In this document: piece after piece, positions 22,106-34,800 of the stretch
How the letters are laid out: each line of letters opens with the position of its first letter
Position numbering within the stretch: the first letter of the stretch is position 1
Made by a program: the position numbers and the translations under genes
The notes under the pieces: generated by a model
Seen by the model: the letters and a program-made list of their open reading frames with translations, nothing else
What the model was told of the DNA's origin: nothing
Databases searched by the model: none
Source: Bugula neritina
Lineage: Eukaryota > Animalia > Bryozoa
Direction: 5' to 3'
Length of the DNA stretch: 64,000 nt
NCBI GenBank assembly: GCA_964035545.1
Contig: OZ037771.1
Coordinates: forward strand, 1,747,628-1,811,627

Positions 22106-25100
22106 TTATGAATGTTTAAGTCCTTTAGAAGAGTCTTTGCAACTAAGAACATTTGAAGAAGTTATCCCCTCTTCAATTGCATCATTGAAACAATCTTCCA
22201 GTTTATTTGTTATCAACTTTGACCTCTCAGAGAAGTTGCCTTCTACTTCTTCTTTATTAATATCACTTGGCTTAAGAGGCTGTTGAGAAATCTTCATTAC
22301 AAGTAAATATGTAACCATAGCAACCAACTACAAAGAGTAAACACTTGGAGTTGTAATCTCCTGATAAAGGTGTTGTGTTTTATAATTGCAAATCACATGA
22401 CCTAATAATTGGCAAAAAGAGTTTATCAAATGAACCCAATTTAATTTTATTTTACTTTTACTCTTACTTTTACTAATTTTATTTATTGTTTGTGTGCGAA
22501 GCATGTTGATTTATAATTACCATGACTATTTCAACGGATGCCATTCAACATCCAGTTTGGAATAGAAAATTACAATTACCATAGCGAGTTCAATGAAGGC
22601 AAGTACACTCAACATCCATGGGAAATTTAGATTCTCAGTGATAGCTCCACCCATTATTGGACCAATCATATTCCCCAATGCATAGACACTGTTGATAGTT
22701 CCAGATACTGCAGCATAAGTCTGTATACTGTCTTTTGAATGGCCATTAACTCTGTTTATAAAGCATACAGTAACAAACATAGAATGATATTAAAGGTCAA
22801 TAAGCTCTTTAGTTAACACAAATAAACGAAAATAAAGTTTGCCATTGTTGCACTAATAAATTTGTCTACAGAATTTTATCAATAAAAATGGTGTAAGCTT
22901 TTCATAAGACAAACTCGCTCAAGCTTAAACAAAGTCAGCTAATAAACCATGAAATAATATTGGAATGGTTTCTTCTACATTTCTATTCTTTTTGGAAACT
23001 TTTAAGTTGATGATTGTAAGTGGGCAAAAAAGTCTTTTATACATGCTGGCAATTTTAAACTGGCTTTGGATGAATTCAGACCCTATAATCCAGTGCATGT
23101 GTGACATACTGTGACAGCTCTCTAGCTGCTAAACCATGATTACTCCTTTGCTACAGTAAAATAAGTTTATGACCTACTCACAGTAATAGTTACACTATCA
23201 CTCCACAAGTATGCTATGAAGGCTATTAGAACCTTTTAAACCTTAAGTTGAGTTATTCTGTTTTCTTGTTATGATTTATAATATACTCACTCGGCTAAGT
23301 TTAGTGATGCTTGAAAGGGGAGAACAAACATGCAGGATTGAAAAAGAAACTCTATGGCTATCAGTGAAAGAGGAAGCTCTATGTAACTAAAAATAAAAAA
23401 ATTATTATGAAACAACAGCAAGTATACTGACTATAAACAGCATCATAAAATATCACATTTCTAGCAGATACTATTCATATACCATACCAGAAGAGTCTAC
23501 AATTTTTTAAAAGACTGCATAATATTTGCATTTCTTCAAATTTACATACTACATAAGAATGAGACTTTTCCAAATCTCAATCCATCAAAATGAAAATATA
23601 AAATAATACAGTTTTTTGATGAAAGAATAACTCACTGCTTTCCATGGAATATAAAGTCCAGTAAAGGAGATGGTCCTGTAAAAAAGTTGATAACTATGGA
23701 AACACACCATGCCAGTATCATTAGAGACCATGTGAATCCCTGCAAAAGTAGAAATATGAAATAATTATAGAATAAAAGGTTCCATTTTTGAAATTACAAC
23801 TTTTAATTTTATAACTTTATGCTGATTTTTTGAACCTTAAGCTGATGTTCAGGATTTGATCAATTAAACTAATAAACTACTACACCAAGAACAAAATTAT
23901 ATTTAAAACATCTGTAAGAATAAACATTTTACATGTGTGTTCTTTGTTTATTTATTGACCATACCTTAGTTGCTATAAACGAAGCAATTGGGCAGCCTAT
24001 CACAAAGGCAAGAGACCAGATACCATAAAACAGCCCCGATTCAGCTGCAGTCTTATGAAACTAAAATGAGAATAAAATGAAATGATAATTTATAATGTAA
24101 TTGCGTGTTCGATAAAGTAAAATATTGCTATGCATTGCAATCGGCCTATAGGTTTGTTAGAACATGTAAAATTATTGTATCAATTACGAGCTCCCAGCCA
24201 CACAGGAAGTGGCCTTATAAAGAACTGCATGGCTTTAAAAGCCTTCCACACTATAAAATCCTTTTTGCTTCTCTCTATATATCATATACAGGAATAAAGG
24301 GATTTTACTTTTTCAAAAAATTATCATGCTAAAATTGTTCTTCAAATAATAAATAATAAAACTAATAAACTAAATTTTTATATATAATGACCGGGTGTGT
24401 AAAAATATTTTAATATGTAAATACCTAATGCACAGATTCTGTACTTCATTCATTTTCTACTCATAATCAAACTTGTGCCGTAATTAAGCCAGCTATCAAA
24501 TGATGAAGGTGAGTTGGAAACAAAGTTTTGAAATTAAATCAAAAAAGATATTTAATTGCTTACCGTAAAAATAAGAAAATTACTAATTCCAGTAGTTCGG
24601 GCGCTAGCAACTATTTTTCCTACAGTGCAATGAACAAGTAATACTAAGATTCCTGGAATAACTAGCAAATGGTGAAACTTTTTTTTCTGTTGTTTTTCTG
24701 ATTCTAAAATATAAATATAACATCTACTCTTGAGAATCACTTTAATTGAGTTCTTTATAAAAAATAATGTTAAACATGGTTGATGATTAATAAAAAATAA
24801 ATAAAAAGATACATGACTCATCTTACCAATATTTGGTAGAACCAGAGCCATGGGAATCACAAGAACTGCCAGAAACCCTCCCAGAATCCAAAACATGCCG
24901 CTATATCCAGCCAACTACAAGGAAAATATTTCATATAATGAATTGTATACTGTGTATCAATTATTGTGTGTAACTCTAGCATATATCTCATGATTAGTTT
25001 TTTTGAAAGTAGTATAATACAAATACATACATACAGACCATCACTATGTTTCCATTGCTCTGCAATATTCGAATGAAATTTTTGTTAAATGTTTGGAAAC

Positions 25101-25808
25101 AGTTGCATCTGATGAAACTTTAACAGTAAGAGGACGCAAACCACCACAACAAATTCATCCTTGGGTTCTCGGGTTTAAATCCCAGAGGAGGCAAAATTAT
25201 TTTATAATTGGTGAATTATAAAAGATTGAAAAATGCATTGTTGTAGTGTGCCTGAGCAATGTTACCTTGTAAATTCCAGAGCCTATAGCTGGACCAGCTG
25301 AATATCCTGCACCTTCTATCATCTGTGCTAAACCCTTGAAAATACAAGATACAAAACTATGGAGGCGGATATATTGGTTGTGGCCGCTTACAGGTGACAG
25401 CTTATTAATTATAACCAGGATTTATTGCCATTATTTATGTGATTAGAAAACTAGGACAACATATTGAAAAAAGTAATATATAACCCCAGTTACAGCCATG
25501 TAATCGTGATATATTCCCTATGATTGTCATATATTCACTATGATTGTCATATATATTCAGTATGATTGTGATATACTCAATATGATTGTAATATACTCAC
25601 TGTGATGGTGATATACTCAGTATGATTGTGATATACTCACTATGATTGTGATATACTCACTATGATTGTGCTGTTGCTGTAAGACGTAGCTTTTAGTAGA
25701 ATACTCATACCACAGACTACAATACATGCTGAACCACATCCAGCTATCATTCTAACTATGATACACAGAGGGAGATATGCTTGGTTAGGGGCGTATGATA
25801 GCAATCTG

Positions 25809-25876
<68 letters not shown>

Positions 25877-27170
25877 AAAAAGATAGCTAGATAAAAAAGT
25901 TTTTAAATTAAAAAGCCATCATAAAACAGTATGAAAAGTTTACACAATGAAATGGTAAGCATTTTAAAATATATACAAGTTGTGCCTTAAAATGGTTTGT
26001 AATTTACTCTCTTACCCAAAACTAATACATGAAGCTGTAGCTAATATATGTCCAAATAAACAGCATACTCTAGGAGAGAATTGGCTAATCTACAATAAAT
26101 GTTCAATAAAGATTTTAAAAGTTCCGAATTCAGTTATTGTGTAGCATAAATGTAAGTGAGAATACTAATTATATGCCTTTATGGCCTATATTTATTCAAA
26201 GTGAGAGTTGTGCTTCATTAAAATACAGAAACCCAATGCCTTAATGGAGATAGATGGCAAGTTGAATGTAATTAAACTCTTTGTACTAATAAATTGCTAA
26301 CTTTTAATTGCATACGCAGCTAGTAATGTAGAATAAAGATTGATATCAGATTATCTTTCAAGATGATTGCATTGCACTCACCCAAGTCAGTTAAAAAGTT
26401 CTACTTTAATCTGAATAGAGAGTTAAAACAAGTTCTACTGACTCAAATAATGTTTTCTGCAGTGTGCATTGATCTCTACTAAGTGTGACAGTGAGCTAGT
26501 CTTATAACTGGATTGTATAAACTTGAATGCCTTTAATAAATTTGAGCTTTATATACCAGAAAAACTTCAGCAACAAAATCAAATTCTGCATTATATACAC
26601 AGTAGTTAAATATAAAGCGCCTTTGACAAAAAAGCTGACACTGCAATGATGAGATGGGTATCTAAACCCTATTATTTACAATTTTTTTTGAGATAAAATT
26701 AATGATTTTTACAGTGAAGGAAGGCAAAACAAATAGTGTGTAGCTACAATATTCAAATACCAGGTGAGCAGTGGGTGTTGAAGACACAAATACATTGACA
26801 GTCCCAACTGGTATAATATACACTCATATTACATGTACCATTTGACACCACTTATTCCTACCATTACATATGAGTAAATTGTAATGTTTTACCCATGAGA
26901 ACACCTTTTAAGCTCTTTTATTTAATAAATTTAAAACCTTACCAGACGTCCAACAAGGAATGCAGATATAACTTTTGAGAATTCAAATGCTGAGAATACA
27001 ATTCCTATTTCTGTGTCACTAACACCTTTTCTCTTTGCTTCGGGAGGGAAGAAAGGAATTAAAAATGTGTCTGTAGTCATTGCCATAAACTGTACAGATA
27101 GAACCACAAATGTAAGAGTTCTATCTTTCCACAGAGAGTTTATGGATGGAAGCCGTAAATATTTATCCAT
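22106..27170 (-). CDS. SLC18B1: SLC18B1-like MFS transporter, copy C (11 exons, ~477 aa)
   Basis: Exons 26943-27170, 26016-26089, 25661-25805, 25266-25334, 24827-24914, 24564-24703, 23965-24060, 23636-23739, 23291-23386, 22580-22751, 22106-22327; internal exon sizes and phases identical to copy B. Confidence 0.9.
25495..25669 (-). repeat. 20-bp exon-3 donor minisatellite, copy C
   Basis: About 8-9 units, increasingly degenerate away from the exon; real donor at 25660. Confidence 0.9.
25811..25873. repeat. (TA)n microsatellite abutting the exon-3 acceptor, copy C
   Basis: Pure TA run in the same position as in copies A and B. Confidence 0.95.
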
Positions 27171-28887
27171 TGATGATACAAATGCCGGCAGCTGATCAAT
27201 GTTTTCAGAGCTTCATAAGCTTTTTTATCTGTCCCCAACAGTCTTCTTGTCATAAATAAGGTGTGTACTACCTACACTAAAACCTCATTCCTATAATGTT
27301 TCAACTACTGATTGATCTAGTTTGACTACATATCCAACAAAACAATATTATCTTTAATAAATTCTCAGTTGATTTTGATCTCAATGTAATCCTGCTTATC
27401 TAGAGGTGTAACAATTCTGCTAAACTATTTGTTTAATAAATAAATTTCAAAAAAATACTAACATTCGTATATTTCAAAGCATGAAAATATCAGGATTTCC
27501 AATTCAAACCGTTTAGCAACCTTCCTTTTAATGACAGCATAATTTGATTAGTTTTAGTAAAAGAAAGTACCACAAGCTATTTCTCCAGTTGTCAATCTCT
27601 TCTTTCAGGATTGATTTGCAAGACATAAAGCGAGTTGATTCGTGCTTGCCACTTGAAGTAGAATGAAATTATATTTACACCAACAATCAACATGCTACGA
27701 CTTGTAGCTGTGTGGTTCCACTTGACTTCTTTTAAGCTTTAAAGTTAGCTTCATATTATAGGTGATGATATATTAATTCACAACTACGTCATATTGTTAA
27801 AAGAAGCGCTGATGCGTACATTAATTATGCAGCATTAAATAATTCACAAATATCTTGACTATCAGCTAAATACAGCTTTGAGGTGGTATGTCCAAGCGTA
27901 GTGGTTTTATAATATATTATGTACATTAATGTCTTGAAATATAATTTATGTGTTGAAAAACTCCCAATTGCCCTGCAAATGCCGTTTCTGTAGCTGCACC
28001 TAGTTCAATTAACCATGTCTAAGGGAAAAAGCAGCCCAACCTGCAAGATTTATAAGTTTTCAACTCTTATAACATTATTTATTGTAAAACACATTGCATT
28101 TACAGTGTTAAATATTCAACAGCTTTTTAGTTATCGCTACCTTTAATAATATTGTGCTGTTTTATTTGCTACATTTCCAGAGCAAATATGTGTTATAAAT
28201 GAATCATTAAGTTGTAAGATGAGTTCCCATTGAACAGCATTTTATCAATTCTGAGCTTCATGACTGATTAGCAAAAAGATATTAGCATCTAGAAGGCTTG
28301 CATGATAATTGCGTTATCTAAGGCTAGGGGATTTTTAGCTGTAGACTATTTAAAATGTAAAATAAATTTAAATTAAACAGTTTGCTTTCAAAGAGAGGCT
28401 TGTAAAAGCATATTATTGCAACATAGTCAAAGTTCGTCAAATGAAAAGTTCATTTGATGACATTGAATACCTGAGAATTAGGATTGATGTTTAAAGCAGT
28501 TGCATTTTGAGTTGAAGTTTCAAAACAATGATAAAGTATATAAACTAAGCCAAAACAACATTTTGTTTTTTTCCCTACTACAATAACGTTGTATTAGGCA
28601 TCAGCTTTAAATAATTTTTAAATAAGCACTATATAATGTAGTTTAATTATTAAAGTGTATCACAATGACAGAAAGGGCATTGTTTTGAGTGTTCCCATTA
28701 GTTTATTGTAAAACTAGACTAACTGCAGTATTATGGAATGGGTAATGAATACTAACATATTAACAAAAAATAAATGTCTAATTTTTCTGCATATTTTACC
28801 AAATAAAAATTATTTTATTTGTCTAAGAAAAGGTCTATTTGTAGCACATGGAAAAAAATAAAAGGAAAAGAATCAAAAACATAAATT

Positions 28888-31800
28888 TCAAACGCAGCCT
28901 GACTGTTGAACTTGTTCATCATATGGCTGATCTAACAACTGAAATATAAGTCTAACGTTTGTGTCCCAAAACTCTTCAACTTTGTTTATTCTGGTAAAAC
29001 AATCGTCTATTCTGGCTGAGATGTTGCACAAGTGTTGTTTTTCCTTTTCTATAGCTTCTTGTGACGTCTGCGTAAGTTGGCAATGACCATCTGCTGCAGC
29101 TGATTCTTCAAAATCTGTCTGTTTCTGTAGTCTGGAGGTCAACTGCATCACCTGAAGATAATTTGCGTAAATTTAGCTGAACCAAACAGGTAGATATTGA
29201 AGTAGAAGCAGACTTAATTTTTGCTCTGGTAATAGATAGCTACTGCATGCAAAAGTGCCTGCGCTGTGAACTAAAGCCCTAACTAAAACTCAAAACTATA
29301 GGCTAAATGAAGCCTCTTACTTTTTTGCATTAAACATATTGCAAGAAAACAGGGTTAGTGAATTATATATATGCAATTCAAAACTCAAGACATTGTAATG
29401 CAATTTAATTACTTTTTGTTCTTCAAAAATTAATAATTTCGGCAATGTTTTTCCCAAAAACTTGCTGTTCTGTGCCTACCTTATAAATAAAATTTACAGG
29501 TAGAGCCTAATGACAGATATATAGGTCAAATTATTTTTGAATGTGCCTTTATTCCAAAAGAAATTAATCACTTCAAATTGACTAATACAAGCAGTTTGAG
29601 GTGTTTCAGCTTGTCTGCAAATCTGAGTGACAGGAGATAGTTGATTACTGCAGTAGAGGATTACTTGGCTAGCTCTCTGACTAGTCATAACTGACCAACT
29701 GACCGACTGACTGACTGACTGACTGACTGATCAACTGATCAACTGACCGACTGACTGACTGACTGACTGACTGACCAACTGACTGACTGACTTATTTGCT
29801 GACTGACTGATTACTGAGTGACTGACTGACTGCCTGACTTATTTACTGACTGACTGACTGACTGACTGACTGACTGACTGACTGACTGACTGACTGACTC
29901 ACTGACTGACTCACTGATCAACTGACCAACTGACCAACTGACCGACTGACCAACTGACTGACTGGCTGACTGACTTATTTACTGACTGACTGACTGACTG
30001 GCTGGCTGACTGACTTATTTACTGACTGACTGACTGACTGACTGCCTGACTCATTGAGTGACTGACTGACTGATCAACTGACCGACTGACTGACTAACTG
30101 ACTGACTGACTGACTGACTGACTGACTGACTGACTGACTGACTGACTGACTGACTGACTGACTGCCTGACATATTTACTGACTGACTGAATTATTTACTG
30201 ATGACTAACAGACTAGCTACTTACATGTTTAAAAGTTGTCTTTTCTTCACCTTCAGCTTCTTCATCCAGCTGCTCATTAGGAAGTGGAGTTTCTATCTTT
30301 ACTTTCTTCAGTACTTTAGTCTCGGCTGCAACAAATCATTCATTCAGTAATAAAGTAAAATCTATAAATTCCCAACTGTTTAACAACAGGATTTCCATTT
30401 TGGTAATACAATATCTAACACACGCTTAATGACGGGTGCTTTCTAAATTATATTCTATAAAAAGAGTTACTAAAGTCGTTATCAAAACTATTGCTTATAG
30501 AATGTATTTTTATATTGTTTTAGTAATTTTGTTTAAGTGAATATAATAAAAGTGTCACCTTAAACATTGCGAATTCCCCTGTAATGCTTTAGTGGCCAAT
30601 AAAAGAAGCATTCTTTAGGTAAATAAGGGTGTATTTTCAATGACAGTGGTTAGAGGTATATAACTCTATTGAAAAAGCTTGAGATATAGCTTACAATTCC
30701 TGCGATTGTGGGGTTTGGGTGGATCATGAAGGCTCCACACTCCATGTCCAGATGGAGTGAGTTCTAATATTGTGGAACTCTGAGGCGCATCCATAACTTC
30801 ACTTTTGCGGGAGGCGACTGAAAATCTTCTAGTTAAGCTTTCGTCGTCTGAAAAAAATATTATTCATGCAAAATAATAACACATAATATGAGCAATTCTG
30901 GGGTTTAATGAATATTTTTAGTATAGAGTATGAGTTATGAAATACGCCTACTTCAAGCTTAAGATCTCAGCTAAAACTTTTCCATCACCTGATATAACTA
31001 CACTGCAATACACTGTAATACACTGCACTACACTGTAATACACTGCATTGCTCTGCACTGTTTTTCTGCTAAAAAATATAAAACGCTTTTGTGAGTTTGA
31101 TGCTATATTGATTACAAGGCTTTAAAAAAGTTTTACAGTATATGGTGCTATTGTGAAGCACACCACACATAAAAATTAACCTTATTTTTTCATAAATTGG
31201 TTTCTGGCTCTCACCACAAGAATACTGGGCATACTGAACCATCAACACAATCTGAAACCTGCACAAGAATATGCAAAAACAAAGATTCATTAAAAGATAC
31301 ACCAGCAAAGACATAATGCACCTATAACCCAAGAAGGAGAAGATCAAACACAATATCTACCGCTAGTGTGGGGTAAACTGCTATTCAACAGGAAGTCTCC
31401 TTTGCACTGCATCTTGGGTCTCCTTTGTCTAATCAGCTTGAGTGTTTCTTCATCCATTGCTTGAGGTGTTACCAATGTTTTATATTCGCCCTGTAAATAA
31501 AAATAAAAAATTTAAGCAATAAAGATATGTTTATTAGCAAACCCTATTTACAGATCACACTACTTATTAGTAAAGTTAATGTAGCTGCAAGTAAATATAA
31601 TATTAAGATATGTCTATCCGGGCAGCTCGGTGATTCATTAATTGTAGCACCCACATAGTTTTCTACAAAAATGTGGCATTAGTGTCGTTTTTTTTGCCGA
31701 GGTTATTTATTGCAGATACGGTAGCGTGGGTTTTCATTACCCACCTGTCTAGATGATTACTAACAACCTTGTCAATATTAATGAACACCAGATTTAAATG

Positions 31801-34800
31801 CTTCAGTGAATATGTCAAAAGGGATAATGTTTGAGAATCATTAGAGGTCTAGGAATTTCATAAAATTTGGAACCAACCAGACCATGGAGCTGATCTGGTA
31901 TGTGGAGGAGTAAAAGGGTCTTGTGGAATTTCAACATTTCACATGCATTAACTAGGTCACTAGCCTGAGGGCCTGACATTGTGATAATTGGTAAGCATAC
32001 TTCAAAAATAGTGATTGCCTGAAAGTTAACTGGGTCTGATAACGAAACAACTAGAAAAAAACAGTAAAATCCAATACTAAAAAGTACTAAAAAGCTGAAA
32101 TAAATGCATATGATCAACCTTAGAAAAGAGTTATATTCATAGAAATTCGAGGCTGCATATAAGTATGTAGACTTGAAACAATATATTGTGAAAAAAGCTC
32201 AGTGAATCAACAAATAGTTCTGCAAAAAAATTTCTTCTTAGTGTAGCCTATAGTAGGACTAAGTTGATGGTGGAAGACTACACTAGTTTAAGGTGTGACA
32301 TGACTAATAATGGTTGTAAGGAGTCATCAATGATCAATTAGAGCTTCAATTCAGTTTAAGACTCTAGTGCATTGTAAGTGGAAAATATTCCAATTTTTAT
32401 TATAAGGGCAATCACCAATTTCCAACCAACGAACACATTTGTGCAAATATTTTCCTGTGCAAATGCATTACATAATAGCTGATTAAGTTCTAACTTGGTG
32501 GGTTAGTTCTAGTATATGCATGTGTAGCCCTAGCTTTTAGTAGATTTTAGCTGTAAAACTAGTTTATGATTAAATAAAGCATTGTTTTAATATTATACTA
32601 GACTTCTCTGTGTAAGCTTCACTACATATTAAATTGCTGAGAGTGTTACATGTTGCGACAACAAGAAAATGTATGTATAGTGTATTTACAACACTGACAT
32701 CTAATTGTCAACACAGTTTTTTTAAAACTTGAATATTTTTGTTAAAAATATTTGAAAATACTTGAGATAAAACTGCTATCAACAATTTTTGTAGAATGTT
32801 CCATTTTACTTCAAAAATGTTTTTTAAAGAATGATATTGATGTAAATAGCGACTATTCATTGCAATTATATTACAAACGAGGAGTTACCTTACCTCCTTA
32901 TATGTCTAAAACAGTATTGGAATTTTTAAACAAGTAGTTGCTCAATATATAATTTAAAATATGATTATGCTACCAAAATAAGAACATACTTCTGCATATA
33001 TACATAGGTACTGCAGCCTCAAATTATAGTAAAAATAATTATTGATTTATTAATTAACAAACTCAATTATAATGATTATTTACTGCTTGATGAAAGTTAT
33101 ATACTATTTACCTATAATAATTAAGTGTTTTTAGATCTATGCAATTTATACAAAATATTATGCTCAAATATTATATACCGTAGGTACTATTTATAGGTAA
33201 TGAGACGTAGGTGCTATTTATAGATAATGAGACGTAGGTGCTATTTATAGATAATGAGACGTAGGTACTATTTATAGATAATGAGACGTAGGTACTATTT
33301 ATAGGTAATGAGACGTAGGTACTATTTATAGATAATGAGACGTAGGTACTATTTATAGATAATGAGACGTAAGTGCTATTTATAGATAATGAGACGTAGG
33401 TACTATTTATAGGTAATGAGACGTAAGTGCTATTAAATAACGAGACGTACCATTTTTAGGTTGAAGGTCAAGCTAAACCTCTTTTTGAAGTTTTCAGTGA
33501 ATTCAGGATACATGTCGAATATGTCCTTTAAATCGTAGGCATCTATCTTATTCATGTCACAGAAAGTAAGGGCGTGGACGTTATAATTAGACTTGACCAC
33601 CTTTTCTAAGTCGTCAACCGACAATCCAAATATGTCTCCACGGCCTAGTAATGTAGAGTATATTGTGTTATACATGAAATATAGTCTGTTATTTATACAG
33701 GCATGGTTATATATTATTAGACTATAACACAGAATTCTACAAACAGAATTGGTTATTAACTTCTGATTAAAAGTAACAATCAGAGTACAAATTTGCGGAC
33801 TCTATGTAGATGTACCGAGTATAGCCATGCAGACATCATCTTTAAGTATCTCTATAGAACCACGGGCTATGAAATAGATTGAGGTGACGAGGTCTCCCAG
33901 ATGCATGAGATTATCACCGGGAGGTGCATGAGCGGTAGCAAACCTCAACGACAACGCTCTGCAACGTATACAAACTTGTAAAGATATCTTAAAATATTTG
34001 ATTCTAAAATTTATGGAAAGTTGTCTGATTTTTAGTTTTAAGATGGCCATTACTCTTGCACGCAATGTCTGAAGTAAATAATGAAAAACGGCACAAATTT
34101 GACACAAATTGTTTTAATTTACCAACTAGGTGTCAGATTAGCAGACAACCCAACAACTAAAATTCAAAGGCAACTTTTGCTTCAATAAATCTTTAAATTC
34201 TAACATCTTGAACAGCATTTAGCATCTAAAAATATTTTAAACTTGCTTATTACAGATGTTGAATAAACGATTTTTGTTAACAAAACGCAGCAAACAAATT
34301 TATATGCTGATTGATTGAACTAGACTTTTGTAAAAACACATGCTATTGCAAATTATTCACAAAGTTTGCTTTTCCAAATTTTCTCTGATGACTGAAAAAA
34401 CATATTCAAAATATTACAAAAGTGCAACTATAAAATAAACTTTCAGAAAATTTAGACAATTTAAAGTACTGACTCACCTGAGACAGCCAGGTGAAGCTCC
34501 TTTAAACGCCGGGTTGTTGTGTAACAAATTCTTGTTTAGGTGGAGACAAATATCAGCTTGAATCTGCTCAGGGAAACTTTTCAACACCTGAAATAATTAG
34601 CATATGTAAAAGAAATAGATGAATGGGAAATTCATTTGACTAATTTGCCCTAGCAGGAAATACATTTAATAAGTAAAAGTTTTAGTACATTGTAAAACTA
34701 TAAAAAAATGATGGCAGCTTGAATTTTATTTAAGTTTCAAAATGGAATAGCTTAAAATAATGAATACAATAGTTTTGCACTTTAAATCTAATTATGATTT

